A stretch of 64,000 nt of DNA from contig OZ024752.1 of NCBI GenBank assembly GCA_964016885.1, positions 16,616,001 through 16,680,000 on the forward strand, written 5' to 3'. Every line of letters begins with the position of its first letter. The first letter of the stretch is position 1. The DNA comes from Eledone cirrhosa (taxonomy: Eukaryota). Below are positions 1 through 15,000 of this stretch, one piece after another. The translations under genes were made by a program, and so were the position numbers. The notes under the pieces were generated by a model. That model was not told where the DNA came from. It saw only the letters and a program-made list of their open reading frames with translations, and did not search any database.

Positions 1-3000
1 ACTCTGATGTCCGCCGTGTGTGGGAGTCTGTCTAGTGGAAGGATCACTCTGATGTCAGCCGTGTGTGGTAGTCTGTCTAGGGGAAGGATCACTCTGATGT
101 CAGCCGTGTGTGGTAGTCTGTCTAGGGGAAGGATCACTCTGATGTCAGCCGTGTGTGGTAGTCTGTCTAGGGGAAGGATCACTCTGATGTCAGCCAAGTG
201 TGGTAGTCTGTTATGGGAAGGATCACTCTGATGTCAGCCATGTGTGGTAGTCTGTCTAGGGGAAGGATCACTCTGATGTCAGCCGTGTGTGGTAGTCTGT
301 CTAGGGGAAGGATCACTCTGATGTCAGCCGTGTGTGGTAGTCTGTCTAAAGGAAGGATCACTCTGATGTCAGCTGTGTGTGGTAGTCTGTCTAAGAGAAG
401 GATCACTCTGATGTCAGCTGTGTGTGGTAGTCTGTCTATGTGAAGGATCACTCTGATGTCAGCCGTGTGTGGTAGCCTGTCTAAGGGAAGGATCACTCTT
501 ATGTCAGCCGTGTGTGGTAGTCTGTTATGGGAAGGATCACTCTGATGTCAGCCGTGTGTGGTAGTCTGTTATGGGAAGGATCACTCTGATGTCAGCCGTG
601 TGTGGTAGTCTGTCTAAGGGAAGGATCACTCTGATGTCAGCCGTGTGTGGTAGTCTGCTAAGGGAAGGATCACTCTGATGTCAGCTGTGTGTGGTAGTCT
701 GTCTAAGGGAAGGATCACTCTGATGTCAGCTGTGTGTGGTAGTCTGTCTAGGTGAAGGATCACTCTGATGTCAGCCGTGTGTGGTAGCCTGTCTAAGGGA
801 AGGATCACTCTTATGTCAGCCGTGTGTGGTAGTCTGTTATGGGAAGGATCACTCTGATGTCAGCCGTGTGTGGTAGTCTGTCTAGGTGAAGGATCACTCT
901 GATGTCAGCTGTGTGTGGTAGTCTGTCTAGGTGAAGGATCACTCTGATGTCAGCCGTGTGTGGTAGTCTGTCTAAGGGAAGGATCACTCTGATGTCAGCG
1001 TGTGTGGTAGTCTGTCTAAGGGAAGGATCACTCTGATATCAGCCGTGTGTGGTAGTCTGTCTAGGGGAAGGATCACTCAGATGTCAGCCAAGTGTGGTAG
1101 TCTGTCTAGGGGAAGGATCACTCTGATGTCAGCCGTGTGTGGTAGTCTGTCTATGGGAAGGATCAGTCTGATGTCAGCCGTGTGTGGTAGTCTGTCTAGG
1201 GGAAGGACCACTCTGATGTCAGCCAAGTGTGGTAGTCTGTCTAGGTGAAGGATCACCCTGATGTCAGCCGTGTGTGGTAGTCTGTTATGGGAAGGATCAC
1301 TCTGATGTCAGCCGTGTGTGGTAGTCTGTTATGGGAAGGATCACTCTGATGTCAGCCGTGTGTGGTAGTCTATCTAGGTGAAGGATCACTCTGATGTCAG
1401 CCGTGTGTGGTAGTCTGTCTAGGTGAAGGATCACTCTGATGTCAGCGTGTGTGGTAGTCTGTCTAAGGGAAGGATCACTCTGATGTCAGCCGTGTGGGGT
1501 AGTCTGTCTAGGGGAAGGATCACTCCGATGTCAGCCGTGTGTGGTAGTCTGTTATGGGAAGGATCACTCTGATGTCAGCCGTGTGTGGTAGTCTGCTATG
1601 GGAAGGATCATTCTGATGTCAGCTGTGTGTGGTAGTCTGTTATGGGAAGGATCACTCCGATGTCAGCCGTGTGTGGTAGTCTGTCTAGGGGAAGGATCAC
1701 TCTGATGTCAGCTGTGTGTGGTAGTCTTTTATGGGAAGGATCACTCTGATGTCAGCCGTGTGTGGTAGTCTGTTATGGGAAGGATCACTCTGATGTCAGT
1801 CGTGTGTGGTAGTCTGTCTAGGGGAAGGATCACTCTGATGTCAGTCGTGTGTGGTAGTCTGTCTAGGGGAAGGATCACTCTGATGTCAGCCGTGTGTGGT
1901 AGTCTGTCTAGGGGAAGGATCACTCTGATGTCAGCTGTGTGTGGCAGTCTGTCTAGGGGAAGGATCACTCTGATGTCAGCCATGTGTGGTAGTCTGTCTA
2001 GAGGAAGGATCACTCTGACGTCAGCCGTGTGTGGTAGTCTGTTATGGGAAGGATCACTCTGATGTCAGCCGTGTGTGGTAGTCTGTCTAGGGGAAGGATC
2101 ACTCTGATGTCAGCCGTGTGTGGTAGTCTGTCTAGGGGAAGGATCACTCTGATGTCAGCCGTGTGTGGTAGTCTGTCTAGGGGGAGGATCACTCTGATGT
2201 GAGCCGTGTGTGGTAGTCTGTCTAGGTGAAGTATCACTCTGATGTCAGCTGTGTGTGGTAGTCTGTCTAGGGGAAGGATCACTCTGATGTCAGCCATGTG
2301 TGGTAGTCTGTCTAGGGGAAGGATCACTTTGATGTCAGCCACGTGTGGTAGTCTGTCTAGGTGAAGGATCACTCTGATGTCAGCCGTGTGTGGTAGTCTA
2401 TCTAGGTGAAGGATCACTCTGATGTCAGCCAAGTGTGGTAGTCTGTCTAGGGGAAGGATCACTCTGATGTCAGCCGTGTGTGGTAGTCTGTTATGGGAAG
2501 GATCACTCTGATGTCAGCCGTGTGTGGTAGTCTGTCTAGGTGAAGGATCACTCTGATATCAGCCGTGTGTGGTAGTCTGTCTAGGTGAAGGATCACTCTG
2601 ATGTCAGCCGCGTGTGGTAGTCTGTCTAGGGGAAGGATCACTCTGATGTCAGCCGTGTGTGGCAGTCTGTTATGGGAGGGATCACTCTGATGTCCGCCGT
2701 GTGTGGGAGTCTGTCTAGTGGAAGGATCACTCTGATGTCAGCCGTGTGTGGTAGTCTGTCTAGGGGAAGGATCACTCTGATGTCAGCCGTGTGTGGTAGT
2801 CTGTCTAGGGGAAGGATCACTCTGATGTCAGCCGTGTGTGGTAGTCTGTCTAGGGGAAGGATCACTCTGATGTCAGCCAAGTGTGGTAGTCTGTTATGGG
2901 AAGGATCACTCTGATGTCAGCCATGTGTGGTAGTCTGTCTAGGGGAAGGATCACTCTGATGTCAGCCGTGTGTGGTAGTCTGTCTAGGGGAAGGATCACT

Positions 3001-6000
3001 CTGATGTCAGCCGTGTGTGGTAGTCTGTCTAAAGGAAGGATCACTCTGATGTCAGCTGTGTGTGGTAGTCTGTCTAAGAGAAGGATCACTCTGATGTCAG
3101 CTGTGTGTGGTAGTCTGTCTATGTGAAGGATCACTCTGATGTCAGCCGTGTGTGGTAGCCTGTCTAAGGGAAGGATCACTCTTATGTCAGCCGTGTGTGG
3201 TAGTCTGTTATGGGAAGGATCACTCTGATGTCAGCCGTGTGTGGTAGTCTGTTATGGGAAGGATCACTCTGATGTCAGCCGTGTGTGGTAGTCTGTCTAA
3301 GGGAAGGATCACTCTGATGTCAGCCGTGTGTGGTAGTCTGCTAAGGGAAGGATCACTCTGATGTCAGCTGTGTGTGGTAGTCTGTCTAAGGGAAGGATCA
3401 CTCTGATGTCAGCTGTGTGTGGTAGTCTGTCTAGGTGAAGGATCACTCTGATGTCAGCCGTGTGTGGTAGCCTGTCTAAGGGAAGGATCACTCTTATGTC
3501 AGCCGTGTGTGGTAGTCTGTTATGGGAAGGATCACTCTGATGTCAGCCGTGTGTGGTAGTCTGTCTAGGTGAAGGATCACTCTGATGTCAGCTGTGTGTG
3601 GTAGTCTGTCTAGGTGAAGGATCACTCTGATGTCAGCCGTGTGTGGTAGTCTGTCTAAGGGAAGGATCACTCTGATGTCAGCGTGTGTGGTAGTCTGTCT
3701 AAGGGAAGGATCACTCTGATATCAGCCGTGTGTGGTAGTCTGTCTAGGGGAAGGATCACTCAGATGTCAGCCAAGTGTGGTAGTCTGTCTAGGGGAAGGA
3801 TCACTCTGATGTCAGCCGTGTGTGGTAGTCTGTCTATGGGAAGGATCAGTCTGATGTCAGCCGTGTGTGGTAGTCTGTCTAGGGGAAGGACCACTCTGAT
3901 GTCAGCCAAGTGTGGTAGTCTGTCTAGGTGAAGGATCACCCTGATGTCAGCCGTGTGTGGTAGTCTGTTATGGGAAGGATCACTCTGATGTCAGCCGTGT
4001 GTGGTAGTCTGTTATGGGAAGGATCACTCTGATGTCAGCCGTGTGTGGTAGTCTATCTAGGTGAAGGATCACTCTGATGTCAGCCGTGTGTGGTAGTCTG
4101 TCTAGGTGAAGGATCACTCTGATGTCAGCGTGTGTGGTAGTCCGTCTAAGGGAAGGATCACTCTGATGTCAGCCGTGTGGGGTAGTCTGTCTAGGGGAAG
4201 GATCACTCCGATGTCAGCCGTGTGTGGTAGTCTGTTATGGGAAGGATCACTCTGATGTCAGCCGTGTGTGGTAGTCTGCTATGGGAAGGATCATTCTGAT
4301 GTCAGCTGTGTGTGGTAGTCTGTTATGGGAAGGATCACTCCGATGTCAGCCGTGTGTGGTAGTCTGTCTAGGGGAAGGATCACTCGGATGTCAGCTGTGT
4401 GTGGTAGTCTTTTATGGGAAGGATCACTCTGATGTCAGCCGTGTGTGGTAGTCTGTTATGGGAAGGATCACTCTGATGTCAGTCGTGTGTGGTAGTCTGT
4501 CTAGGGGAAGGATCACTCTGATGTCAGTCGTGTGTGGTAGTCTGTCTAGGGGAAGGATCACTCTGATGTCAGCCGTGTGTGGTAGTCTGTCTAGGGGAAG
4601 GATCACTCTGATGTCAGCCGTGTGTGGTAGTCTGTCTAGGGGAAGGATCACTCTGATGTCAGCCGTGTGTGGTAGTCTGTCTAGGGGAAGGATCACTCTG
4701 ATGTCAGCCGTGTGTGGTAGTCTGTCTAGGGGGAGGATCACTCTGATGTGAGCCGTGTGTGGTAGTCTGTCTAGGTGAAGGATCACTCTGATGTCAGCTG
4801 TGTGTGGTAGTCTGTCTAGGGGAAGGATCACTCTGATGTCAGCCATGTGTGGTAGTCTGTCTAGGGGAAGGATCACTTTGATGTCAGCCACGTGTGGTAG
4901 TCTGTCTAGGTGAAGGATCACTCTGATGTCAGCCGTGTGTGGTAGTCTATCTAGGTGAAGGATCACTCTGATGTCAGCCAAGTGTGGTAGTCTGTCTAGG
5001 GGAAGGATCACTCTGATGTCAGCCGTGTGTGGTAGTCTGTTATGGGAAGGATCACTCTGATGTCAGCCGTGTGTGGTAGTCTGTCTAGGTGAAGGATCAC
5101 TCTGATATCAGCCGTGTGTGGTAGTCTGTCTAGGTGAAGGATCACTCTGATGTCAGCCAAGTGTGGTAGTATGTCTAGGGGAAGGATCACTCTGATGTCA
5201 GCCGTGTGTGGTAGTCTGTTATGGGAAGGATCACTCTGATGTCAGCCGTGTGTGGTAGTCTGTCTAGGTGAAGGATCACTCTGATGTCAGTCGTGTGTGG
5301 TAGTCTGTCTAGGTGAAGGATCACTCTGATGTCAGCCGTGTGTGGTAGTCTGTCTAGAGGAAGGATCACTCTGATGTCAGCCTGTGTGGTAGTCTGTCTA
5401 AAGGAAGGATCACTCTGATGTCAGCCGTGTGTGGTAGTCTGTCTAAGGGAAGGATCACTCTGATGTCAGTCATGTGTGGTAGTCTGTTATGGGAAGGATC
5501 ACTCTGATGTCAGCCGTGTGTGGTAGTCTGTCTAGGGGAAGGATCACTCTGATGTCAGCCGTGTGTGGCAGTCTGTTATGGGAAGGATCACTCTGATGTC
5601 AGCCGTGTGTGGTAGTCTGTCTAGGGGAAGGATCAGTCTGATGTCAGCCGTGTGTGGTAGTCTGTCTAGGGGAAGGATCACTCTGATGTCAGCCGTGTGT
5701 GGTAGTCTGTCTAGGGGAAGGATCACTCTGATGTCAGCTGTGTGTGGTAGTCTATCTAGGGGAAGGATCACTCTGATGTCAGCCATGTGTGGTAGTCTGT
5801 CTAGCGGAAGGATCGCTCTGATGTCAGCCACGTGTGGTAGTCTGTCTAGGTGAATGATCACTCTGATGTCAGCCGTGTGTGGTAGTCTGTTATGGGAAGG
5901 ATCACTCTGATGTCAGCTGTGTGTGGGAGTCTGTTATGGGAAGGATCACTCTGATGTCAGCTGTGTGTGGTAGTCTGTTATGGGAAGGATCACTCTGATG

Positions 6001-9000
6001 TCAGCCGTGTGTGGTAGTCTGTTATGGGAAGGATCACTCTGATGTCAGCCAAGTGTGGTAGTCTGTCTAGGGGAAGGATCACTCTGATGTCAGCCGTGTG
6101 TGGTAGTCTGTCTAGGGGAAGGATCACTCTGATGTCAGCTGTGTGTGGTAGTCTATCTAGGGGAAGGATCACTCTGATGTCAGCCATGTGTGGTAGTCTG
6201 TCTAGCGGAAGGATCACTCTGATGTCAGCCACGTGTGGTAGTCTGTCTAGGTGAAGGATCACTCTGATGTCAGCCGTGTGTGGTAGTCTGTTATGGGAAG
6301 GATCACTCTGATGTCAGCTGTGTGTGGGAGACTGTTATGGGAAGGATCACTCTGATGTCAGCTGTGTGTGGTAGTCTGTTATGGGAAGGATCACTCTGAT
6401 GTCAGCCGTGTGTGGTAGTCTGTTATGGGAAGGATCACTCTGATGTCAGCCAAGTGTGGTAGTCTGTCTAGGGGAAGGATCACTCTGATGTCAGCCGTGT
6501 GTGGTAGTCTGTTATGGGAAGGATCACTCTGATGTCAGCCGTGTGTGGTAGTCTGTTATGGGAAGGATCACTCCGATGTCAGCCGTGTGTGGTAGTCTGT
6601 TTAGGGGAAGGATCACTCTGATGTCAGCCGTGTGTGGTAGTATGTCTAGGGGAAGGATCACTCTGATGTCAGCCGTGTGTGGTAGTGTGTCTAGGGGAAG
6701 GATCACTCTGATGTCAGCCGTGTGTGGTAGTCTGTCTAGGGGAAGGATCACTCTGATGTCAGCCGTGTGTGGCAGTCTGTTATGGGAAGGATCACTCTGA
6801 TGTCAGCCGTGTGTGGTAGTATGTCTAGTGGAAGGATCACTCTGATGTCAGCCGTGTCTGGTAGTCTGTTATGGGAAGGATCACTCTGATGTCAGCCGTG
6901 TGTGGTAGTCTGTCTAGGTGAAGGATCACTCTGATGTCAGTCGTGTGTGGTAGTCTGTCTAGGTGAAGGATCACTCTGATGTCAGCCGTGTGTGGTAGTC
7001 TGTCTAGGGGAAGGATCACTCTGATGTCAGCCTGTGTGGTAGTCTGTCTAAGGGAAGGATCACTCTGATGTCAGCCGTGTGTGGTAGTCTGTCTAAGGGA
7101 AGGATCACTCTGATGTCAGTCATGTGTGGTAGTCTGTTATGGGAAGGATCACTCTGATGTCAGCCGTGTGTGGTAGTCTGTCTAGGGGAAGGATCACTCT
7201 CATGTCAGCCGTGTGTGGCAGTCTGTTATGGGAAGGATCACTCTGATGTCAGCCGTGTGTGGTAGTCTGTCTAGGGGAAGGATCAGTCTGATGTCAGCCG
7301 TGTGTGGTAGTCTGTCTAGGGGAAGGATCACTCTGATGTCAGCCGTGTTTGGTAGTCTGTCTAGGGGAAGGATCACTCTGATGTCAGCCAAGTGTGGTAG
7401 TCTGTCTAGGGGAAGGATCACTCTGATGTCAGCCGTGTGTGGCAGTCTGTTATGGGAAGGATCACTCTGATGTCAGCCGTGTGTGGTAGTCTGTCTAGGG
7501 GAAGGATCACTCTGATGTCAGCCGTGTGTGGTAGTCTGTCTAGGGGAAGGATCACTCTGATGTCAGCCGTGTGTGGTAGTCTGTCTAAAGGAAGGATCAC
7601 TCTGATGTCAGCTGTGTGTGGTAGTCTGTCTAAGAGAAGGATCACTCTGATGTCAGCTGTGTGTGGTAGTCTGTCTAGGTGAAGGATCACTCTGATGTCA
7701 GCCTTGTGTGGTAGTCTGTCTAAGGGAAGGATCACTCTGATGTCAGCCGTGTGTGGTAGTCTGGTAAGGGAAGGATCACTCTGATGTCAGCTGTGTGTGG
7801 TAGTCTGTCTAAGGGAAGGATCACTCTGATGTCAGCTGTGTGTGGTAGTCTGTCTAGGGGAAGGATCACTCTGATGTCAGCCAAGTGTGGTAGTCTGTCT
7901 AGGGGAAGGATCACTCTGATGTCAGCCGTGTGTGGTAGTCTGTTATGGGAAGGATCACTCTGATGTCAGCCGTGTGTGGTAGTCTGTCTAGGTGAAGGAT
8001 CACTCTGATGTCAGTCGTGTGTGGTAGTCTGTCTAGGTGAAGGATCACTCTGATGTCAGCCGTGTGTGGTAGTCTGTCTAAGGGAAAGATCACTGATGTC
8101 AGCGTGTGTGGTAGTCTGTCTAAGGGAAGGATCACTCTGATGTCAGCCGTGTGTGGTAGTCTATCTAGGGGAAGGATCACTCAGATGTCAGCCAAGTGTG
8201 GTAGTCTGTCTAGGGGAAGGATCACTCTGATGTCAGCCGTGTGTGGTAGTCTGTCTATGGGAAGAATCACTCTGATGTCAGCCGTGTGAGGTAGTCTGTC
8301 TAGGGGAAGGATCACTCTGATGTCAGCTGTGTGTGGTAGTCTGTCTAGGTGAAGGATCACCCTGATGTCAGCCGTGTGTGGTAGTCTGTTATGGGAAGGA
8401 TCACTCTGATGTCAGCCGTGTGTGGTAGTCTGTTATGGGAAGGATCACTCCGATGTCAGCCGTGTGTGGTAGTCTGTTTAGGGGAAGGATCACTCTGATG
8501 TCAGCCGTGTGTGGTAGTATGTCTAGGGGAAGGATCACTCTGATGTCAGCCGTGTGTGGTAGTCTGTCTAGGGGAAGGATCACTCTGATGTCAGCCGTGT
8601 GTGGTAGTCTGTCTAGGGGAAGGATCACTCTGATGTCAGCCAAGTGTGGTAGTCTGTCTAGGGGAAGGATCACTCTGATGTCAGCCGTGTGTGGCAGTCT
8701 GTTATGGGAAGGATCACTCTGATGTCAGCCGTGTGTGGTAGTCTGTCTAGGGGAAGGATCACTCTGATGTCAGCCGTGTGTGGTAGTCTGTCTAGGGGAA
8801 GGATCACTCTGATGTCAGCCGTGTGTGGTAGTCTGTCTAGGGGAAGGATCACTCTGATGTCAGCCAAGTGTGGTAGTCTGTCTAGGGGAAGGATCACTCT
8901 GATGTCAGCCGTGTGTGGTAGTCTGTCTTGGTGAAGGATCACTCTGATGTCAGCGTGTGTGGTAGTCTGTCTCAGGGAAGGATTACTCTGATGTCAGCCG

Positions 9001-12000
9001 TGTGTGGTAGTCTGTCTAGGGGAAGGATCACTCTGATGTCAGCCGTGTGTGGTAGTCTGTCTAGGGGAAGGATCACTCTGATGTCAGCCGTGTGTGGTAG
9101 TCTGTCTAGGGGAAGGATCACTCTGATGTCAGCGGTGTGTGGTAGTCTGTCTAGGGGAAGGATCACTCTGATGTCAGCCGTGTGTGGTAGTCTGTCTAGG
9201 GGGAGGATCACTCTGATGTGAGCCGTGTGTGGTAGTCTGTCTAGGTGAAGGATCACTCTGATGTCAGCTGTGTGTGGTAGTCTGTCTAGGGGAAGGATCA
9301 CTCTGATGTCAGCCATGTGTGGTAGTCTGTCTAGGGGAAGGATCACTTTGATGTCAGCCACGTGTGGTAGTCTGTCTAGGTGAAGGATCACTCTGATGTC
9401 AGCCGTGTGTGGTAGTCTGTCTAGGTGAAGGATCACTCTGATGTCAGCCAAGTGTGGTAGTCTGTCTAGGGGAAGGATCACTCTCATGTCAGCCGTGTGT
9501 GGTAGTCTGTTATGGGAAGGATCACTCTGATGTCAGCCGTGTGTGGTAGTCTGTCTAGGTGAAGGATCACTCTGATGTCAGTCGTGTGTGGTAGTCTGTC
9601 TAGGGGAAGGATCACTCTGATGTCAGCCTGCGTGGTAGTCTGTCTAAGGGAAGGATCACTCTGATGTCAGCCGTGTGTGGTAGTCTGTCTAAGGGAAGGA
9701 TCACTCTGATGTCAGTCATGTGTGGTAGTCTGTTATGGGAAGGATCACTCTGATGTCAGCCGTGTGTGGTAGTCTGTCTAGGGGAAGGATCACTCTCATG
9801 TCAGCCGTGTGTGGTAGTCTGTCTAGGGGAAGGATCACTCTGATGTCAGCCGTGTGTGGTAGTCTGTCTAGGGGAAGGATCACTCTGATGTCAGCCAAGT
9901 GTGGTAGTCTGTCTAGGGGAAGGATCACTCTGATGTCAGCCGTGTGTGGCAGTCTGTTATGGGAAGGATCACTCTGATGTCAGCCGTGTGTGGTAGTCTG
10001 TCTAGGGGAAGGATCACTCTGATGTCAGCCGTGTGTGGTAGTCTGTCTAGGGGAAGGATCACTCTGATGTCAGCCGTGTGTGGTAGTCTGTCTAAAGGAA
10101 GGATCACTCTGATGTCAGCTGTGTGTGGTAGTCTGTCTAAGAGAAGGATCACTCTGATGTCAGCTGTGTGTGGTAGTCTGTCTAGGTGAAGGATCACTCT
10201 GATGTCAGCCGTGTGTGGTAGTCTGTCTAAGGGAAGGATCACTCTGATGTCAGCCGTGTGTGGTAGTCTGGTAAGGGAAGGATCACTCTGATGTCAGCTG
10301 TGTGTGGTAGTCTGTCTAAGGGAAGGATCACTCTGATGTCAGCTGTGTGTGGTAGTCTGTCTAGGGGAAGGATCACTCTGATGTCAGCCAAGTGTGGTAG
10401 TCTGTCTAGGGGAAGGATCACTCTGATGTCAGCCGTGTGTGGTAGTCTGTTATGGGAAGGATCACTCTGATGTCAGCCGTGTGTGGTAGTCTGTCTAGGT
10501 GAAGGATCACTCTGATGTCAGTTGTGTGTGGTAGTCTGTCTAGGTGAAGGATCACTCTGATGTCAGCCGTGTGTGGTAGTCTGTCTAAGGGAAAGATCAC
10601 TCTGATGTCAGCGTGTGTGGTAGTCTGTCTAAGGGAAGGATCACTCTGATGTCAGCCGTGTGTGGTAGTCTGTCTAGGGGAAGGATCACTCAGATGTCAG
10701 CCAAGTGTGGTAGTCTGTCTAGGGGAAGGATCACTCTGATGTCAGCCGTGTGTGGTAGTCTGTCTATGGGAAGAATCACTCTGATGTCAGCCGTGTGAGG
10801 TAGTCTGTCTAGGGGAAGGATCACTCTGATGTCAGCCAAGTGTGGTAGTCTGTCTAGGTGAAGGATCACCCTGATGTCAGCCGTGTGTGGTAGTCTGTTA
10901 TGGGAAGGATCACTCTGATGTCAGCCGTGTGTGGTAGTCTGTTATGGGAAGGATCAGTCTGATGTCAGCCGTGTGTGGTAGTCTGTCTAGGGGAAGGATC
11001 ACTCTGATGTCAGCCGTGTGTGGTAGTCTGTCTAGGGGAAGGATCACTCTGATGTCAGCCGTGTGTGGTAGTCTGTCTAGGGGAAGGATCACTCTGATGT
11101 CAGCCGTGTGTGGCAGTCTGTCAAAGGGAAGGATCACTCTGATGTCAGCCGTGTGTGGTAGTCTTTCTAGGGGAAGGATCACTCTGATGTCAGCCGTGTG
11201 TGGTAGTCTGTTATGGGAAGGATCACTCTGATGTCAGCCGAGTGTGGTAGTCTGTCTAGGGGAAGGATCACTCTGATGTCAGCCGTGTGTGGTAGTCTGT
11301 CTAGGTGAAGGATCACACTGATGTCAGCCGTGTGTGGTAGTCTGTCTAGGGGAAGGATCACTCTGATGTCAGCCGTGTGTGGTAGTCTGTCTAGGTGAAG
11401 GATCACTCTGATGTCAGCCGTGTGTGGTAGTCTGTCAAGGTGAAGGATCACTCTGATGTCAGCGTGTGTGGTAGTCTGTCTAAGGGTAGGATCACTCTGA
11501 TGTCAGCCGTGTGGGGGTAGTCTGTCTAGGGGAAGGATCACTCCGATGTTAGCCGTGTGTGGTAGTCTGTTATGGGAATGATCACTCTGATGTCAGCCGT
11601 GTGTGGTAGTCTGCTATGGGAAGGATCATTCTGATGTCAGCTGTGTGTGGTAGTCTGTTATGGGAAGGATCACTCCGATGTCAGCCGTGTGTGGTAGTCT
11701 GTCTAGGGGAAGGATCACTCTGATGTCAGCTGTGTGTGGTAGTCTTTTATGGGAAGGATCACTCTGATGTCAGCCGTGTGTGGTAGTCTGTTATGGGAAG
11801 GATCACTCTGATGTCAGTCGTGTGTTGTAGTCTGTCTAGGGGAAGGATCACTCTGATGTCAGTCGTGTGTGGTAGTCTGTCTAGGGGAAGGATCACTCTG
11901 ATGTCAGCCGTGTGTGGTAGTCTATCTAGGGGAAGGATCACTCTGATGTCAGCTGTGTGTGGCAGTCTGTCTAGGGGAAGGATCACTCTGATGTCAGCCA

Positions 12001-15000
12001 TGTGTGGTGGTCTGTCTAGAGGAAGGATCACTCTGATGTCAGCCGTGTGTGGTAGTCTGTTATGGGAAGGATCACTCTGATGTCAGCCGTATGTGGTAGT
12101 CTGCCTAGGGGAAGGATCACACTGATGTCAGCCATGTGTGGTAGTCTGTCTAGGGGAAGGATCACTCTGATGTCAGTCATGTGTGGTAGTCTGTTATGGG
12201 AAGGATCACTCTGATGTCAGCCGTGTGTGGTAGTCCGTCTAGGTGAAGGATCACCCTGATGTCAGCCGTGTGTGGTGGTCTGTTATGGGAAGGATCACTC
12301 TGATGTCAGCCGTGTGTGGTAGTATGTCTAGGGGAAGGATCACTCTGATGTCAGCCGTGTGTGGTAGTCTGTTATGGGAAGGATCACTCCGATGTCAGCC
12401 GTGTGTGGTAGTCTGTTATGGGAAGGATCACTCCGATGTCAGCCGTGTGTGGTAGTCTGTCTAGGGGAAGGATCACTCTGATGTCAGCTGTGTGTGGCAG
12501 TCTGTCTAGGGGAAGGATCACTCAGATGTCAGCCAAGTGTGGTAGTCTGTCTAGGGGAAGGATCACTCTGATGTCAGCCATGTGTGGTAGTCTGTCTATG
12601 GGAAGGATCACTCTGATGTCAGCCGTGTGTGGTAGTCTGTCTAGGGGAAGGATCACTCTGATGTCAGCCAAGTGTGGTAGTCTATCTAGGTGAAGGATCA
12701 CCCTGATGTCAGCCGTATGTGGTAGTCTGTTATGGGAAGGATCACTCTGATGTCAGCCGTGTGTGGTAGTCTGTTATGGGAAGGATCACTCTGATGTCAG
12801 CCATGTGTGGTAGTCTGTCTAGGGGAAGGATCACTCTGATGTCAGCCGTGTGTGGTAGTCTGTCTAGGGGAAGGATCACTCTGATGTCAGCCGTGTGTGG
12901 TAGTCTGTCTAGGGGAAGGATCACTCTGATGTCAGCCTGTGTGGTAGTCTGTCTAAGGGAAGGATCACTCTGATGTCAGCCGTGTGTGGTAGTCTGTCTA
13001 AGGGAAGGATAACTCTGATGTCAGTCATGTGTGGTAGTCTGTTATGGGAAGGATCACTCTGATGTCAGCCGCGTGTGGTAGTCTGTCTAGGGGAAGGATC
13101 ACTCTGATGTCAGCCGTGTGTGGCAGTCTGTTATGGGAGGGATCACTCTGATGTCCGCCGTGTGTGGTAGTCTGTCTAGTGGAAGGATCACTCTGATGTC
13201 AGCCGTGTGTGGTAGTCTGTCTAGGGGAAGGATCACTCTGATGTCAGCCGTGTGTGGTAGTCTGTCTAGGGGAAGGATCACTCTGATGTCAGCCGTGTGT
13301 GGTAGTCTGTCTAGGGGAAGGATCACTCTGATGTCAGCCAAGTGTGGTAGTCTGTCTAGGGGAAGGATCACTCTGATGTCAGCCGTGTGTGGCAGTCTGT
13401 TATGGGAAGGATCACTCTGATGTCAGCCGTGTGTGGTAGTCTGTCTAGGGGAAGGATCACTCTGATGTCAGCCAAGTGTGGTAGTCTGTCTAGGGGAAGG
13501 ATCACTCTGATGTCAGCCGTGTGTGGCAGTCTGTTATGGGAAGGATCACTCTGATGTCAGCCATGTGTGGTAGTCTGTCTAGGGGAAGGATCACTCTGAT
13601 GTCAGCCGTGTGTGGTAGTCTGTCTAGGGGAAGGATCACTCTGATGTCAGCCGTGTGTGGTAGTCTGTCTAAAGGAAGGATCACTCTGATGTCAGCTGTG
13701 TGTGGTAGTCTGTCTAAGAGAAGGATCACTCTGATGTCAGCTGTGTGTGGTAGTCTGTCTAGGTGAAGGATCACTCTGATGTCAGCCGTGTGTGGTAGCC
13801 TGTCTAAGGGAAGGATCACTCTTATGTCAGCCGTGTGTGGTAGTCTGTCTAGGTGAAGGATCACTCTGATGTCAGCTGTGTGTGGTAGTCTGTCTAGGTG
13901 AAGGATCACTCTGCTGTCAGCCGTGTGTGGTAGCCTGTCTAAGGGAAGGATCACTCTTATGTCAGCCGTGTGTGGTAGTCTGTTATGGGAAGGATCACTC
14001 TGATGTCAGCCGTGTGTGGTAGTATGTCTAGGTGAAGGATCACTCTGATGTCAGCTGTGTGTGGTAGTCTGTCTAGGTGAAGGATCACTCTGATGTCAGC
14101 CGTGTGTGGTAGTCTGTCTAAGGGAAGGATCACTCTGATGTCAGCGTGTGTGGTAGTCTGTCTAAGGGAAGGATCACTCTGATGTCAGCCGTGTGTGGTA
14201 GTCTGTCTAGGGGAAGGATCACTCAGATGTCAGCCAAGTGTGGTAGTCTGTCTAGGGGAAGGATCACTCTGATGTCAGCCGTGTGTGGTAGTCTGTCTAT
14301 GGGAAGGATCACTCTGATGTCAGCCGTGTGTGGTAGTCTGTCTAGGGGAAGGATCACTCTGATGTCAGCCAAGTGTGGTAGTCTGTCTAGGTGAAGGATC
14401 ACCCTGATGTCAGCCGTGTGTGGTAGTCTGTTATGGGAAGGATCACTCTGATGTCAGCCGTGTGTGGTAGTCTGTTATGGGAAGGATCACTCTGATGTCA
14501 GCCGTGTGTGGTAGTCTATCTAGGTGAAGGATCACTCTGATGTCAGCCGTGTGTGGTAGTCTGTCTAGGTGAAGGATCACTCTGATGTCAGCGTGTGTGG
14601 TAGTCTGTCTAAGGGAAGGATCATTCCGATGTCAGCCGTGTGGGGTAGTCTGTCTAGGGGAAGGATCACTCCGATGTCAGCCGTGTGTGGTAGTCTGTTA
14701 TGGGAAGGATCACTCTGATGTCAGCCGTGTGTGGTAGTCTGCTATGGGAAGGATCATTCTGATGTCAGCTGTGTGTGGTAGTCTGTTATGGGAAGGATCA
14801 CTCCGATGTCAGCCGTGTGTGGTAGTCTGTCTAGGGGAAGGATCACTCTGATGTCAGCTGTGTGTGGTAGTCTTTTATGGGAAGGATCACTCTGATGTCA
14901 GCCGTGTGTGGTAGTCTGTTATGGGAAGGATCACTCTGATGTCAGTCGTGTGTGGTAGTCTGTCTAGGGGAAGGATCACTCTGATGTCAGTCGTGTGTGG

